Source: Podarcis erhardii (Eukaryota). From it: 64,000 nt of DNA. The notes under the pieces were generated by a model. It was not told the DNA's origin and did no database searches. It worked only from the letters and a program-made list of their open reading frames with translations. The stretch lies in NCBI GenBank assembly GCA_964252035.1, contig OZ176205.1. One strand, given 5' to 3'. Made by a program: the position numbers and the translations under genes. Positions 36,286-48,979 of the stretch are shown here, in pieces (positions within the stretch are counted from its first letter, which is position 1; each line of letters opens with the position of its first letter).

Positions 36286-36455
36286 CTGATGTCACCAGCC
36301 TCTAGCAACAGCAGTGGTTCTCTTTCTCCTTCCTCTTCCTCGGATTGCCTGGTTGCTCGAGGATGCCCTGGGCGCAGCCATGTTGCTGCTTTACGAAGCC
36401 GTTTTGAGCTGGAATATGCCTTGAATGCAAGAACTTATGCTGTCTGGTCACAAAG
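36286..36455 (+). CDS. TNNI3K: TNNI3K coding exon (exon 23 equivalent): [56 protein letters not shown](S), Ser-rich tail
   Basis: Acceptor ttccAG at 36284-36285 and donor GTaaga at 36456. 170 nt, phase 0 to 2. Confidence 0.97.
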
Positions 36456-36469
36456 GTAAGAATGCAAAT

Positions 36470-36524
36470 GGAAGGAAGGAAGGAAGGAAGGAAGGAAGGA
36501 AGGAAGGAAGGAAGGAAGGAAGGA
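36470..36524. repeat. (GGAA)n microsatellite, about 13 units
   Basis: Read directly; begins 15 nt into the intron following TNNI3K exon 36286-36455. Confidence 0.97.
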
Positions 36525-38812
36525 TCCTTCCTTGGCCCATGGGGTTCTAAGAGTTGCCTGGTACTTAAATAATCGGCTGTTTGGACAACTACTAGCACCT
36601 AGTAGAAATGTCACCTGAAAGCAACACAGAAAGAAAACTAGTCTCTTTATTTCTTGGAGGAGACAAAAACACAACCTGTGTGCTTCAGCATCTTAAGTGT
36701 CACTCTGGCAACACAATCTACAACAGCACTAGAAAAATGTGTAGTTGATTATTTCCCGAACTTAGTTCTAAAAGTCCTGGTAAAATGGTTTGTAAGGTTT
36801 TCAGAAGTATAACGGATCTTTGGGGTTGGGGAGCCCCAAAGGGTTGGACCCGAAAAACAGCTTAGTGAAGAATGAGCATGTTCAGTAGGCACCAAATGCT
36901 GGCTAAGTATTAGAGGGAAGTAAAAAGAAAACCAGGGGAAATGGAATGGAGTGGCAGGAAACCCAAATAGCAGTACTCCATACAAATAGCAATACTCCAC
37001 ACTCCTTTGGTTAAATGTTCCACTTGCACCCTTCCAATGCTCACCAGTTAAAAGAAAGATCAACAAGAGTGAGCTGGAAACAAGCAGGTTATGGAAATGT
37101 TAGAAGGATCTTATACCACATTCCTCCTTTTTGCTTCAGCATATAATAGATTTGCATGAAAAGAATGAGCGAGTGACACATTTAGGTTACACTATAGATA
37201 CCCAAGAGGGCGAGAAAAGTAGTTATCACAGCAGCCTCCCTGCTACTGTAATTTAATGTTCATCTCAGTGCGCCACCCAAGCTCATTAGCTTGCTGAAAT
37301 GGGTTCCTGTATAACCCAAAGGGTTACAGAACAGTTTCCCCCCTCAAATTCTGTGCAATACAAATTAACTAACTCCAGTCCTATAAATAGAACATTAAAA
37401 GAGTCGCCCAGAGGCAAAATGTAAAGTAAAATGAAGATGGTTTCTGCAGATTCAGTGTTTTTTTCAATTATACAACACACTGGGATGATTAATGACCTAG
37501 CTTTCTAATGACAATAGTTTCTTGAGGGTTTAATTTTTTAAAACATACAAATTGAGAGAGGGATTCTGCGCTATGTGCTAACATCCATTGCAGTGCATTT
37601 TTTCCACCCCCTCCACCCCCATTTTAGCTACCCAAAGTAGCAAGGTACACACACACATCTACTTTTGCCTTCTCACCCACACACAAAGTTAAGGAGGCAT
37701 GAAATTACCTGCTCAATGCTCGCCTTGTAAATGCAGTCCTTTCTGTTCATAACGCTACAGTGTTCCAAAGAATGCTGTGGGAACTTAAGCTGGGGATGAA
37801 AGCTTGGCTCAGAATCTAGAGAGAGAGCAGCTTTTGGTGTGTACAAGACCTTTCGGCATGCACATAATGGCAGCTAGTGACCATTGGAAAGGCAGAGAGG
37901 CCAGGAGCCAATGACAGGTAGAGCCAATGTATTTCAAGATTTGCACACCCAGGTTTTTCAACTTCCAACAATTCTTCATGCAGTCATAGGCTGCTTTTGG
38001 TCTAAATGTCCCCTCTTCACACTAGTCTCCTTTGTAAGGAAACTCAGAATGACTGGGCCTAACAAGTTGTAGCATTCCCTCCCCAGAGAGGCGTGCCTGG
38101 CATCTTCATTATGCAGTTTCTGCTGTAGGCAGAAGAAACACCTCTGACACTTGAGATATACAGGCAATTCCCCATTTGCACAGGCTGTGTGTGTGTTCTG
38201 AGTCATTGTGCGTGTCCGCAGTCAAATGTCAGCCCATTCCACTCCTTCCAGGACCGAAAACTATGTGTGCGTCAGCAGTCGTGTGTCAATCAGGCATGTT
38301 CAGAATGGTCCCACCCTATTCTTGCGACTGTCAATTGTTTTAAACTGTATTTTAATACTGTATTAAAAAAATTTGTAATCTATTTTAGGACCTTATACTG
38401 AAAGGTGGGTAATAATTTAAACAGCAACAACAATAATTAGGAGGAGCAGTTGCTCATGGAGCAACAGGATAATTCACTGAGCTGATTCGGTTTTGCTCAA
38501 GCAGGAAATTTCAGAACCGGACTTTTATATCCTCTTGCTGATGACTAAAGTGGGAAGGATTTGGGGGGGGGAATGTTTGGAGACCTAAACAGGGGTTAAA
38601 CAAGGCTTCATTTCACTTGAGTCAGAAACCCAGTTTGGCACCTCCTCCACATGCATTTGTATGTGCGCGCACACACACACACACACACACACAGGCTGGC
38701 ACCCCTCTGGAGGCTTCACCTGGGGCTTCACCCTGGCTAACTGCCCCATAGCTATTGCTCTGCCTAAAACATTTTGTCCTTTTTAACATATCTAGAAGAA
38801 TGAAATTTGCAT

Positions 38813-39290
38813 CATAAGAACACAGGATCAGCCCTGCTGGATCAGGCCCATCTAGTCCAGCACCCAGTTCTCATTGTTGCTCACCAGATGCCCCTGGGGA
38901 CAAGCAGAACCTGAGCATCATAGAAGCAACCAGTATCCTAGGCCGAATGCCTCTGGCAGTGGAGGGAGAACACAGCCATTCTGGCTAGTAGCTACTGATA
39001 GCCTTGTCCTCCATGAATTTGCCTACTCCTCTCTTAAAGCCATCCAAACTGGGGGCCATTATCCCTACCTCTTGTGAGAGCGAATTCCATCGTTTAGCTT
39101 CACACTGTGTGAATAAGTGCTTTCCTTTGTCCTGAATCTTGTAGCCTTTTTCTGCTTCATTACATGGCATGGCCCTAATATTATGAGTGGGGGAGGGCAA
39201 ACTTTTCTCTCTCTACTTTCTCCACACCTTCCATGGTTGTGTACACCTCTTATTCACCTTTTCTCTAAGCTAAAAAGTTGTAATCTCTTC
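38813..39290 (-). mobile_element. CR1 LINE 3' end
   Basis: ORF-track 38985..39200 gives KHLFTQCEAKRWNSLSQEVGIMAPSLDGFKRGVGKFMEDKAISSY*, the CR1 ORF2 C-terminus. The 3' UTR ends ..ttcttatg. Confidence 0.9.
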
Positions 39291-40339
39291 GGGGATCTGC
39301 ACTCTGCATCCAAAGGTGGAAAGACAGGCTTTCCGCAGGCTGTCTGCCCTTTGCTGACAGTGGCCAGTCATAGTATGCAGTCATGCTAAATGTTTAACTT
39401 CCTGTCACTTGGATAACTGATTGAGTTGCCCTTTTGGTTTCATGGTTTTATGTGCGAGCAGGGATAGATTAATGAGCTCCACCACAGAAAAATATTTGAG
39501 AAGTAAGTGAAGCTGATGACACGTTACTTTACAGTTTAGCGGAATTCAACAAATCTGATTCTATTATCCTGTCAAGTTCCGCAAAAGAGACCTTGAAAGC
39601 ATAAAAAAAGAAGAAAAGAGAGAGAATCTTTAATCGAACCCAGAAGCTATGAATGCAGCTATGGAGTTCAGCTGTGTTAGCTGGTGACAGACCTTTGTTT
39701 TCTTCCCCATCTTGTGAAGTAAATAATATCCCCAAAGACTAATTAAGTTTCTGCAAAGTCCTGTCTTAGTAACACAGCTCCTTTCTGCTCTTTGAGAAGA
39801 GTGTCAGTGTCCTGGAATCATGGCTAATGATTTTTTTTTTTTTTAAAAAAAATACATATATATTTTCAAAAGACTCTTCAAGGTTTATGCAAGCAAATTC
39901 ACTGAAGGCAGACCAAGTGGAGGGAGGGGGGGTCTGTTTTCAAAAGCACAGAACTCAAGTCAGGTTATTATTTTTTCCCTAGGACATTTAAAAACCAACA
40001 GCCACTTTTTAACCCAACTGAGTATCAGCTTTGTTCTGATAGATGTAGCCTTGCATGAATGCCTTGAAGTGTTTGGGCACAGTCACGGATCTCTTGTGTA
40101 TCTGAACACTGAACTCAACCAACTCTTTGTATAATTGGAAGAGAAAAGTAACTTGAGATAGTGTCACTTAATATCACACACACACACACACACAGACACA
40201 AACACAATTCAAAGGTTTCATTCCCCCACCCTCCATGGCTGCCACCACTGACCCAGCTCTGGAATGGTAAGTGAGAGAGCTCCAAATTCAACTACTGTCT
40301 GTGGTGGCATGACCTTAACCTTATTGTTACTCCATGAAT

Positions 40340-40469
40340 CAGGGGGTGGGGAACCTGTGGTACGCTGGATGTTCCTGGACCACACAAATCCCATCATCCT
40401 TGAACACTGGCCATGCTTAGTGGGGCTGCTGGGAGCAACAGCTAGAGAACCACAGGTTCCCTATCCCTA
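40340..40469. mobile_element. hAT-type MITE (130 bp) with a perfect 8-bp TSD CCATGAAT
   Basis: TIR CAGGGGGTGGGGAACCTGTGG / CCACAGGTTCCCTATCCCTA. TSD at 40332-40339 and 40470-40477. Confidence 0.85.
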
Positions 40470-43108
40470 CCATGAATGAATGAGTGGGCCTCCTTACCTT
40501 AAGGCACACCCTTTCCATATAACCCCCTAACCAGTTAGATCAGTACTAGGGGACCCTGCTCTTTGTTTCTTCCACCACCACCTGAGGTGAGCACTTGAGA
40601 TGCCTAGAGGCAGGTGAGCAGTTGAGCTTCCAGGATTGTGGAATGCTTTCCTGAGGGAAGGCTTGCATCACCTCCATTAGTGGTCCACCATTCCATATCC
40701 CACACTATCCCTCAAGGTCCCATGGGTTTTGAGGAGCAGATGTTCAGTGGGTGCAGGGAGCTGTGGAGGGAAGGGTGAGGCTGGAGAAACTCCATTCTGC
40801 AAACATGCATGGTAGTGTTTGGCCCCTCTGGCTTGCCATACCAGGATTTGTCTGTGTCAGCTCTTGGGCATGGTGAGTTGCTTCGTCTGCTGTGAGCAGC
40901 GTGGGCTTGCAGCGTGGCTTTTCCCTCCATAACCTTTCATATTTAAGTTGTGTTTGCTACATGTATCCTCTGTGTGGCCTTCTGTTCCACTCACAGAGTT
41001 AAAATTAGGATCCAAGTAATGGATTGTATAGTAATTGCTTTCAGAGGAGCTTGCAAGCAAGGATTATGACCTAAGTCACTGCTGAAACTTGGCATAGTGG
41101 TTAATCAAAGGCACCCAATTGCTAGAAAGGTCTGAAAAGGGCCTGTTCTACATCTTTCCCTCAAAAATAAGTGCATGAAACCTTTTCCCAGGGCCATGGT
41201 TCCATGACTTGCTTTCTCTACAGTTTTTATAGCTTTGCTGTGTTCCTTCTTACACAACTTTTTAACCTGGGAAAAGAATCTCGAGCTCATAATTCTTTGA
41301 TTAGCTCTCAGCTATCATGCTGCAAATGCGCAGGAACATCAGCCTCTTTCACAGAGTATCCATGTTGCACAGCCTGTCTGATAAAACCTTTGCAGTCTGC
41401 TGTTATGCTCCTAAGTGCTCAGCAAGACTTTTTTTTTCTGGGTAGCCCAGTTTCCTCTTAATTTTAATTATTGCAAAAGTACCAAGCATTGTTGATCTAA
41501 AAAAAGAACAACCATGCCATCTTTCAGACCTTAAGCAAATGTGAGGGGGACGGGGGGGGGGGAGAATCAAGAAGGCCACAGCAGAGAAGTTGTCCCAGAT
41601 TTGCACTGATGCTCTCTTTGAAATTGCACGGCACATACACCTCTCCGCCGGCAGCCTCATGCAATAATACAGCAGGCTCGCTAATCATCTTGCTGCTGTT
41701 TTGGTTTTTTTTCCCCAAGCCTTGGAGCCATGGCCAGTGGCTCAGTGCTAATGAGAGGAATCTGGGTATGATCTTTGCATCCTCCACAGGTGTGTCTCTG
41801 AGACAGAGCGCAACAGGCACACAGGTGAAGGGAGCTGCACTCCCCCCCCCCAGCCCAACACACAGATTATCCTATGGCTTTACAAGGACAGGAGACGGGA
41901 GGGATGTTTCTGAGCACAAGACTGAGAGAGAGAGAGACTTAAAAATGCTGCATGAAGGTCTTTAATGAACCATGAGAAGCCAATAACCACTGAAAGGCAG
42001 TGGGGCTCGAGAGCCCCAAGAAGCTTGTCTAGCAGCGGGGAGACTAGTCTGCAGCTGCTCAGCTTTAGGGGCTGCCGCCTGCACTTTCAACAAGCCAGAC
42101 TCCAAATGAGGCAGCTGTTCCAAGCAGGTATAAATAAAAGATGTGGTGTTCCTATGGGAACCTTTGGCATATTGGATTACCTATTCCCCAGCTAGAGTTT
42201 CCTTTCAGTTAAGTTTCTGTGCGAAAATCCTACACTTCAGGGTGTGCTTTTAAGAGACGGATTGTGGAGTTGTTTATTTCTGACTGTATATTCGTGGCCC
42301 TGATAATCTTTCTGCCCTTGGAAGTACCCATTTGGTTATGGGGCCCAGAGCTGCAAAGCTGACCATTCCCCAGGCCTCCTAAGCAAGCTGTGTAAAGTCA
42401 GGTAGGCAATATTTATCCCACACTGAAAGATGAAAATAAAAGTGAATTGCTGCCACAGGGAATCTGGAGTGCCTGCCACCTGGTTCTCACCTTTAATAAG
42501 GAGGGAAACATCAAAAGTCAGCCATCTACATGGTTATACCTCTTTGTCCATCTATCTCAGTACTGCCTACTCGGACTTGCAGCAGCTCTCCAGAATCTCT
42601 GGCAAATGCATTCCACATCACAGGTACCTAATCTTCCCAGAAGTGGGCTTCCTACATGTGGTTTCTTGGTCACACTACAGGAAGACAAAGTGATGGCATA
42701 CAGGAAGCAGTACATCTATAAACACACATGTTCATATTCCTTAAATCTTCGTGATAACTGCCAGAATGTCTTCCTGGCAAGCCACTCATTTCAGGATTCC
42801 CATTGCATGTTTACTGGGTTGGATCCAGACATTGCTTTCCAGGGCTAGAATGGATGCATCCACAGGAGGCTTCTGATCCAGTGGTGGGTGGAGATCTCGC
42901 CAATAGCGGAGGAAGTGATTTTTGACGATTCCCCCTCAGCTCTCTGGAACAGTGTGAGAGGGGGCAGGGGAAGCATTAAAAGTTGCTTCTACACTTCCAC
43001 TAGCAGGAAAGTCCTGAGTGGAGCTCTTAATACAGGATGCTCCCACCAGTGGTAGCCAAGCCTGAGCCCAACCATTTTTAAGGCAACTTGGGCTGTGGAA
43101 ATGTGTCA

Positions 43109-43449
43109 GCTGTGGGTGAAACCACAGAGCCTAGGACTTGCCAATCAGAAGATTGGTGGTTCGAATCCCCACAACGGGGTGAGCTCCCGTTGCTCGGTCC
43201 CTGCTCCTGCCAACCTAGCAGTTCAAAAGCACGTCAAAGTGCAAGTAGATAAATAGGTACCGCTCCGGCGGGAAGGTAAATGGCATTTCTGTGTGCTGCT
43301 CTGGTTCGCCAGAAGCGGCTTAGTCATGCTGGCCACATGACCCGGAAGCTGTACGCCGTCTCCCTCAGCCAGTAAAGCGAGATGAGCGCTGCAACCCCAG
43401 AGTCGGTCACAACTGGACCTAATGGTCAGGGCTACCTTTACCTTTACCT
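43109..43449 (+). mobile_element. Sauria SINE, near full length
   Basis: ctgtgggtgaaaccacagagcctaggacttgccaatcagaag..ggttcgaatcccc..gagctcccgttgctcggtccctgctcctgccaacctagcagttc..(ACCTTT)n tail. Confidence 0.95.
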
Positions 43450-45685
43450 ATATTTTACACACACACACAAAAGTAAGTGAGGTAGAAGCACCAAGCAGCT
43501 GCTGATGTTTCTTCTTTCCCCCACATCTCACTGGCTCTTGGACAACACTGTGAATAAGTTAGCAGAATCCCAAACCAATCAGGTCAGTCATCCATATTAA
43601 GATTACAAGAGAAGCCAGCATGGCTTGATGCTCTGAGTTCTGAGCACATACCAGTTTCCCACCTTCTGATGTAGCAGAATTTGTTGAACAAATTATTTGC
43701 ATGCATTTCCTTGGATGGCACTCCTGTAGGAAAAAATCCAGTATATTTGCCCTAACAAAAATGAAGATCTTTTTTTAAAAAAAGTATCACAGACATGTTT
43801 GTCTTCTACGTGTTATGATTGAATGTGTGAATGCTTCTTTCTGTCCTTTTACCTGGCATTTGCCCGCCTTTGCCTGCCTTGATATAATAGATGCATCTGG
43901 AAGCTCTACACCTTAGTCATATTCTCCATTCTTCCCAGTTTATCAGCAATCTAAGATGGCAGTTCAAACAGTGTTGCTAAATGGTGCCCCTGCAAAGCAA
44001 TAGCCTGACCCAGAAATCATGAAGTGTTTGTGTGTATAGAGTTTGAGGCAATGTCTTATATCTGACAGCCACGTTGACTAATATTAATGCTGGGTTGATG
44101 GTGAGCTCTGCGTTTGACCTTGGCCCCCATTAGATTTTGTTGCTTGAGCACAGTTTAGGAACCATACATTAGTTTTCATTTAGGTAAATGTGGAGCTGGA
44201 TTAGTGACAGAGGCACTCCACATAGCATGAATGAATAAATGGATTGAATTAGGCTAATAAATGAAGAAGCCATTTCAATTCAGCAGGGACCCTGCAGCTC
44301 TAACAATGTGGATCTCCTCTTCCACTAGCCACAGAGTAGAGTTGCAGGTTATACATTACATGGATAGGGAGCAACTTGTGTCTCACATTGCATTGTATGG
44401 GCATTTGGTTTCAGGGTTATAAATAGGACTGGGATTAAAGCAGAATGCCTTCTCTGAACAATCATAGTATTAAGAATCATGGGGTGGAATTCAGCATTGC
44501 AGTGTGATGAATGTTCCATCTGTGCAAACATATCAGCTTGCCGGATGAAAGAATCCCCTCTCCCTGCATGCTGTTCTAGGGCTCTCCCAACCCTCCCCCC
44601 CATTACCAAATGAGGGGGGGCATGTGGTGAGGAGAGGAGAAGGTTCCATTGCGCAAGTGGAAACCCTTGCACAGGGTTTTCCCTGGCAGTGTTCAGTAGG
44701 CAAATCCCACCCATGCTATACAGGAAGCCCACAATTTATGCACATTTAACATGTGCACGTTCAGCTTTACCACTTTTTGGGGGGGGGGGGGAATTAGAAA
44801 GATGCAGTGGAAAGCAGTAAGTGTCCAGGAAAAAAGACTTTGGCAATCCCACCCACCATTGCACCCAATGTGTTTTGGCTTTAGGCATGATCCCAGGAAC
44901 GTAACCCCCATGTAAGTTGAGGGCTTACTATATTTCGGAACACTCTGCTTTGAAATAGCGATCCATTTGTTGGTGAATGTTGCTAGCTAGTTAAATGGCT
45001 TTTGTGGCCAGAATTTAAAGAAGAGTGTATTTGAGCTTCTCCCGCTCAAAACCACAGTCTGCCACGCAGTGCAGCAAGTAGATTTTTGCTGTTTTAAACA
45101 GGTTTCAATCCATCTATTCATTAATCAATCAATCCTACTGAGTGCACACAAAACATCAGACTTGCCCGAACTGGCTCCTTGGATCCAATTAATAACCCTT
45201 ACTTTAATTCTCAGCATTGTCATCGCTCTCCAGATAGCTAGATGGACAGACAGACAGACAGACAGTATTGCAAACTGTAATTCGAGTATAATATTCTAAC
45301 CAAGGTAAATATAGGGATGGGTGAAAGTGTTGAGACATTTATGAAGGCAACATGGTCAGTTTTCCATAGCAACTGCTTTGATGAGACTTGGAGGGGAGTA
45401 TTATGAAGGAGGAAATGTCATTGTATTTGGGCAATGATACCATGTAAAGGGGGAAAAAGGCACATTTTAGCAAGACTATATAGGTGCTATTAGAGTCTGC
45501 TAAAATGAGAGGAAAAGGGGAAAATATCAACACTGCAAATCCATACAGGCTCCACAGTTACAGGTATATTTACTGGCAGCAAGTCCTATGTGTACTTCCA
45601 GGAAGGTACATTTAGGAACAAAGCTTCCATTTTTTCACTGGGGAAAGGGGAAAAAATCTGCCAAACCAATATATAAATTTCTTAC

Positions 45686-45692
45686 CTGCCAT
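45686..45692 (-). CDS. LRRC53: Candidate LRRC53 first coding micro-segment ATG GCA G (M-A-G), phase 1
   Basis: The minus strand reads ttc TAA ctg ATG GCA G|GTAAGA: an in-frame stop just upstream, G at +4, and a consensus donor at 45685. The phase matches the acceptor at 32584. Confidence 0.5.
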
Positions 45693-46379
45693 CAGTTAGA
45701 AATTGCCCTTGTCAAAATCACCAAGGAAGGTACATTGCTGGGAATAATCCTTTCAGCTTGTCCTTTCAGCCACAACTTGACAACAAATTCTTTGAAGCTC
45801 TTGTTTTTTGAAAGAACCTCAGATAACTGCATACCTTACCATGAACAAGTAGAGACATATTGTTATGAATCCTCTGGATATTAATGTGCAGTTTGAGGCG
45901 TTAATTCACACTCTCTGGGCGTACTCAGTATCTGCTAGCCCATCATTTGAGAACAGCTGGTACAGGCAGTCTTTATCTGATTGCTTCCAAGGATAAAGGA
46001 ACATATTTTCTGTGAGCAACATTTGGATTTGCGTCTGAAGGGTGATGTTCTCTTTCACAAAGGAATTAGCATGCACGAACCTGATAGTACTGGGGTAGAT
46101 ACATTATTTATGGTATATTGGAATTGTCACCTAGAATTGTTCTTCAGGTCGAAAGCATTGTAGAACAAAACTCAAAATTCTGAGAAGAAGTTGTTCTGCA
46201 AATGTATTCCTTCTCCATCCATGTTATTTTTCTTCCTGTGCAATTGCTTCTTCTAAAAAGCCGGTTGTGTTTTCCGCTGGTGTTTTTTTTAAAGGATGTT
46301 GTTTCTGTAGAAAAGCTCTAATATTACAAAGATAACATATTCAGTCATCTATAATGAAGACATCCTGTCGATTTTACAG

Positions 46380-46459
46380 CACTGGACAGCACCCTTCTCA
46401 AGGTCTTTCTCTGGAAGAAATGAGGAGAAATTTCCAGTACCCGCCTATTGACCGAAATG
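46380..46459 (+). CDS. TNNI3K: TNNI3K coding exon (exon 24 equivalent): (S)[26 protein letters not shown](G)
   Basis: Acceptor ttttacAG at 46378-46379 and donor GTaaga at 46460. 80 nt, phase 2 to 1; resembles the recalled human segment [21 protein letters not shown]. Confidence 0.93.
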
Positions 46460-48072
46460 GTAAGAGGTCCCTCAGATGTAACAAAGATAAGTTCTATTTA
46501 TGGGCTAATCCATTTTCTTTGGGATGAAACTGGCACACACACACAAACTGGAAGTACACTGAAAACAGCAAACCGTCAGCTTCGGTAATAAGATCTGGAA
46601 ATGTTTCTATTACAGATTGTAGAAACGAGGCATGTGACAAGTTTCCCCAAGACTCCGGAAAAACTTTAACCACACCTTAGACCCTCCAGGGAGATTGTTG
46701 TGATTCCTGCCACCACTGGAGAGCCATTTTGCACTGAAAAAGTTTTAACTGTGCCTCTAAACTGTGAAATGTGAACACAATGAGCATGTCTACAAACATA
46801 GGTGTCATTTAGGTACACTTGTGGGAAGCTCTGATTGGTTGCAATTCTTTGTCAAGTGTTCACTGTAAGACCGGTTTGAGAGAGCCTTTGGCAAAGTGTC
46901 CTTGGCAGGCCCTCTTCTCATTTGGGTGTCCCCTTCATGGTTCAGCGGCAAACTTGCCTTGTAGCCCACAGAGTATCAGGTTTTTCCTCTTAACTAAGGA
47001 GTGGAAGCCTCCCACGATCTGTCGTTTTATTTTTCCTATGATACCTGGGCATAGCAAAGCATTGTGGGGCAAGCAGAATAATGGTCAGAACAAAAATGTG
47101 ATTCTTTTTTAAAATAAATAAATAAATCCATTTATCACGAGTCTTCAACGCTAGTTTTCATTCCTTTGTGCTGTTGTGCTCTTTTGTTATACCCTAGTGC
47201 TAAATGTTGCAGCCTTTTAGGGCAGGTGCCAAATTATAGTACTATAGGGACTGTCCTGATGTTAGAATTGAGTCCCGCTTCCCTCCACAAACTTTTAAAA
47301 GTATACTTTATTTCTCCTAACCTTTTGGCCTTTGTACATAATATCTCCATATAATATTACCCTGATGTTTAGAAAGACAGGCTGCAACCCTGTACACTCT
47401 TTCCAGGGGGTGGGGTGGATAGTCCCGTTAAACTCAAATGGGTTTACTTCTAAGCAGGCATGCATAGGATTGCACTGTTAATGACTAGGCAAGGATGACA
47501 AATATTATAGCAGAAGAATAATAGTAGCAATCACATTTGACCAGTGGCCCAGATGGTAAAGGAATAATAATAGTCCTTAATAGACAACCTGGTACTTGCA
47601 ATAGCAGCTATTGTCGTGATAATTGCCCAGGATTAAGGCCATAATTATTTCTGGCAGGCTGCTTATTGTTGACTGTTGGATCTCCCATTCAAGGTCAAAA
47701 TAGGTATATTTAAAAATCAAATAGAAATGTGACAGTGTATTTAAATACCTTGGTTCCCATTTTGTGTCGGCCACCAGTTTAAATGGCTATTGTGACTACA
47801 CTGCATTTGAATGGCCTGCGTATCTGTATTTCATATTTCGCCTCCTAGCATTTTCCTTCGGAGAATGGCATTAAACTTGGGCAAAGAGATTTGCCCGAAA
47901 CACATTTTCCTGGGAGCAAATCTGTGCATTGCTTATTTAGTTAGCGAAAACATCCTTTTATACCTTCATAAATACAGAGGCCTGTTGGAAGCGGAGAGGG
48001 GAGGGAGAAGGGTTTGCTGGGCTGAATGGTGTTTGTGACTCGCTCACCTGAGCTACTCTTCACCTTCCACAG

Positions 48073-48149
48073 GTTACGTGTCGGATCCCATGAGTACAAT
48101 GCGATTTCATTCCTGCAGCAACAGTGGCAGCTTTGAAGACAGTGCCTGA
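48073..48149 (+). CDS. TNNI3K: TNNI3K last coding exon (exon 25 equivalent): (G)[24 protein letters not shown]
   Basis: Acceptor ttccacAG at 48071-48072 and TGA stop at 48147-48149. 77 nt; matches the recalled C-terminus [24 protein letters not shown]. Confidence 0.95.
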
Positions 48150-48357
48150 CAGCAGGAACCATCTACTTGCCGAGAGTTTCTCCACGAAGCAGCAGCAACA
48201 ATTCTTCCTGGTGTCAACACAGCTCCCAGTCATCATATGTTACATCAAAGAGCCCCACGTTGGCTTGCTTATTTACTGATAGCTAATGCTTCCATCATAA
48301 ATTGTTCTTCGACCATTCTCTTTCTGTGCCAGCAATTTATAGGTGGTGGTGGGGGGG

Positions 48358-48979
48358 AATAAATCTGTCAAAGTTTGGGGTTGTACCAAGCTTGCCCTTG
48401 GGATATACTGCATCCATGCCAGGGAACAAAATCAGAGACTGGAATATTTTTTATTCATTACCCATGAGTTGGGAAGGAAAGGTAATTGTTACACTGTGGG
48501 AGGTCCCAATTTGGGGTTTCCCACGGTGTGACAATTACCTTGCCTTTCTCACCTCAAGCTTAATGGAGAAAATAGATTGCTCAGCATCATGTCCCGTGGG
48601 ATAACCTCCTCTCCTTCTCTTTCAGCTGCAAGTCCCTGGGTCTCATCTTTGTTGAAGCCTAGGCTAGTGGTTCCAGCATGCTGTATGGTCCTACTCTATC
48701 TAATGTTGTCTATATCTTCCAGGGCTTCTTGGCTTGATGCACCTCAAAGCACCCAACTAACTTAGTGAGAAGTTCATTTACAGATATGTTGTGGATGTCT
48801 TGGCGTCATACTGGAATGCAGTTTAGTTTAAAGTTGTGTTATTCAATTTAATCAGCTGGTTGGTGCCAAGAGGCCGGGCTTGTCTTTCTGTGGCCATTCT
48901 GTTTAAAGTTGCCAGTTTAACACATTATGTTAATCCTCTCTTGTATGTTCATTTGAGTTTTGCATAGCTCAACAATAAA
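48358..48979 (+). terminator. Candidate TNNI3K polyadenylation signals (AATAAA at 48358-48363 and 48974-48979; another near 49315)
   Basis: AATAAA hexamers lie downstream of the stop codon. Which one is used cannot be determined from sequence. Confidence 0.45.

Noticed and set aside
40498-40518. Minus-strand ATG..AAG|GTAAGG strong donor
   Set aside because: It is phase 0. Joined to 32583 it is out of frame with LRRC53 and stops at the ATGA overlap, so at most it is a uORF or a chance match.
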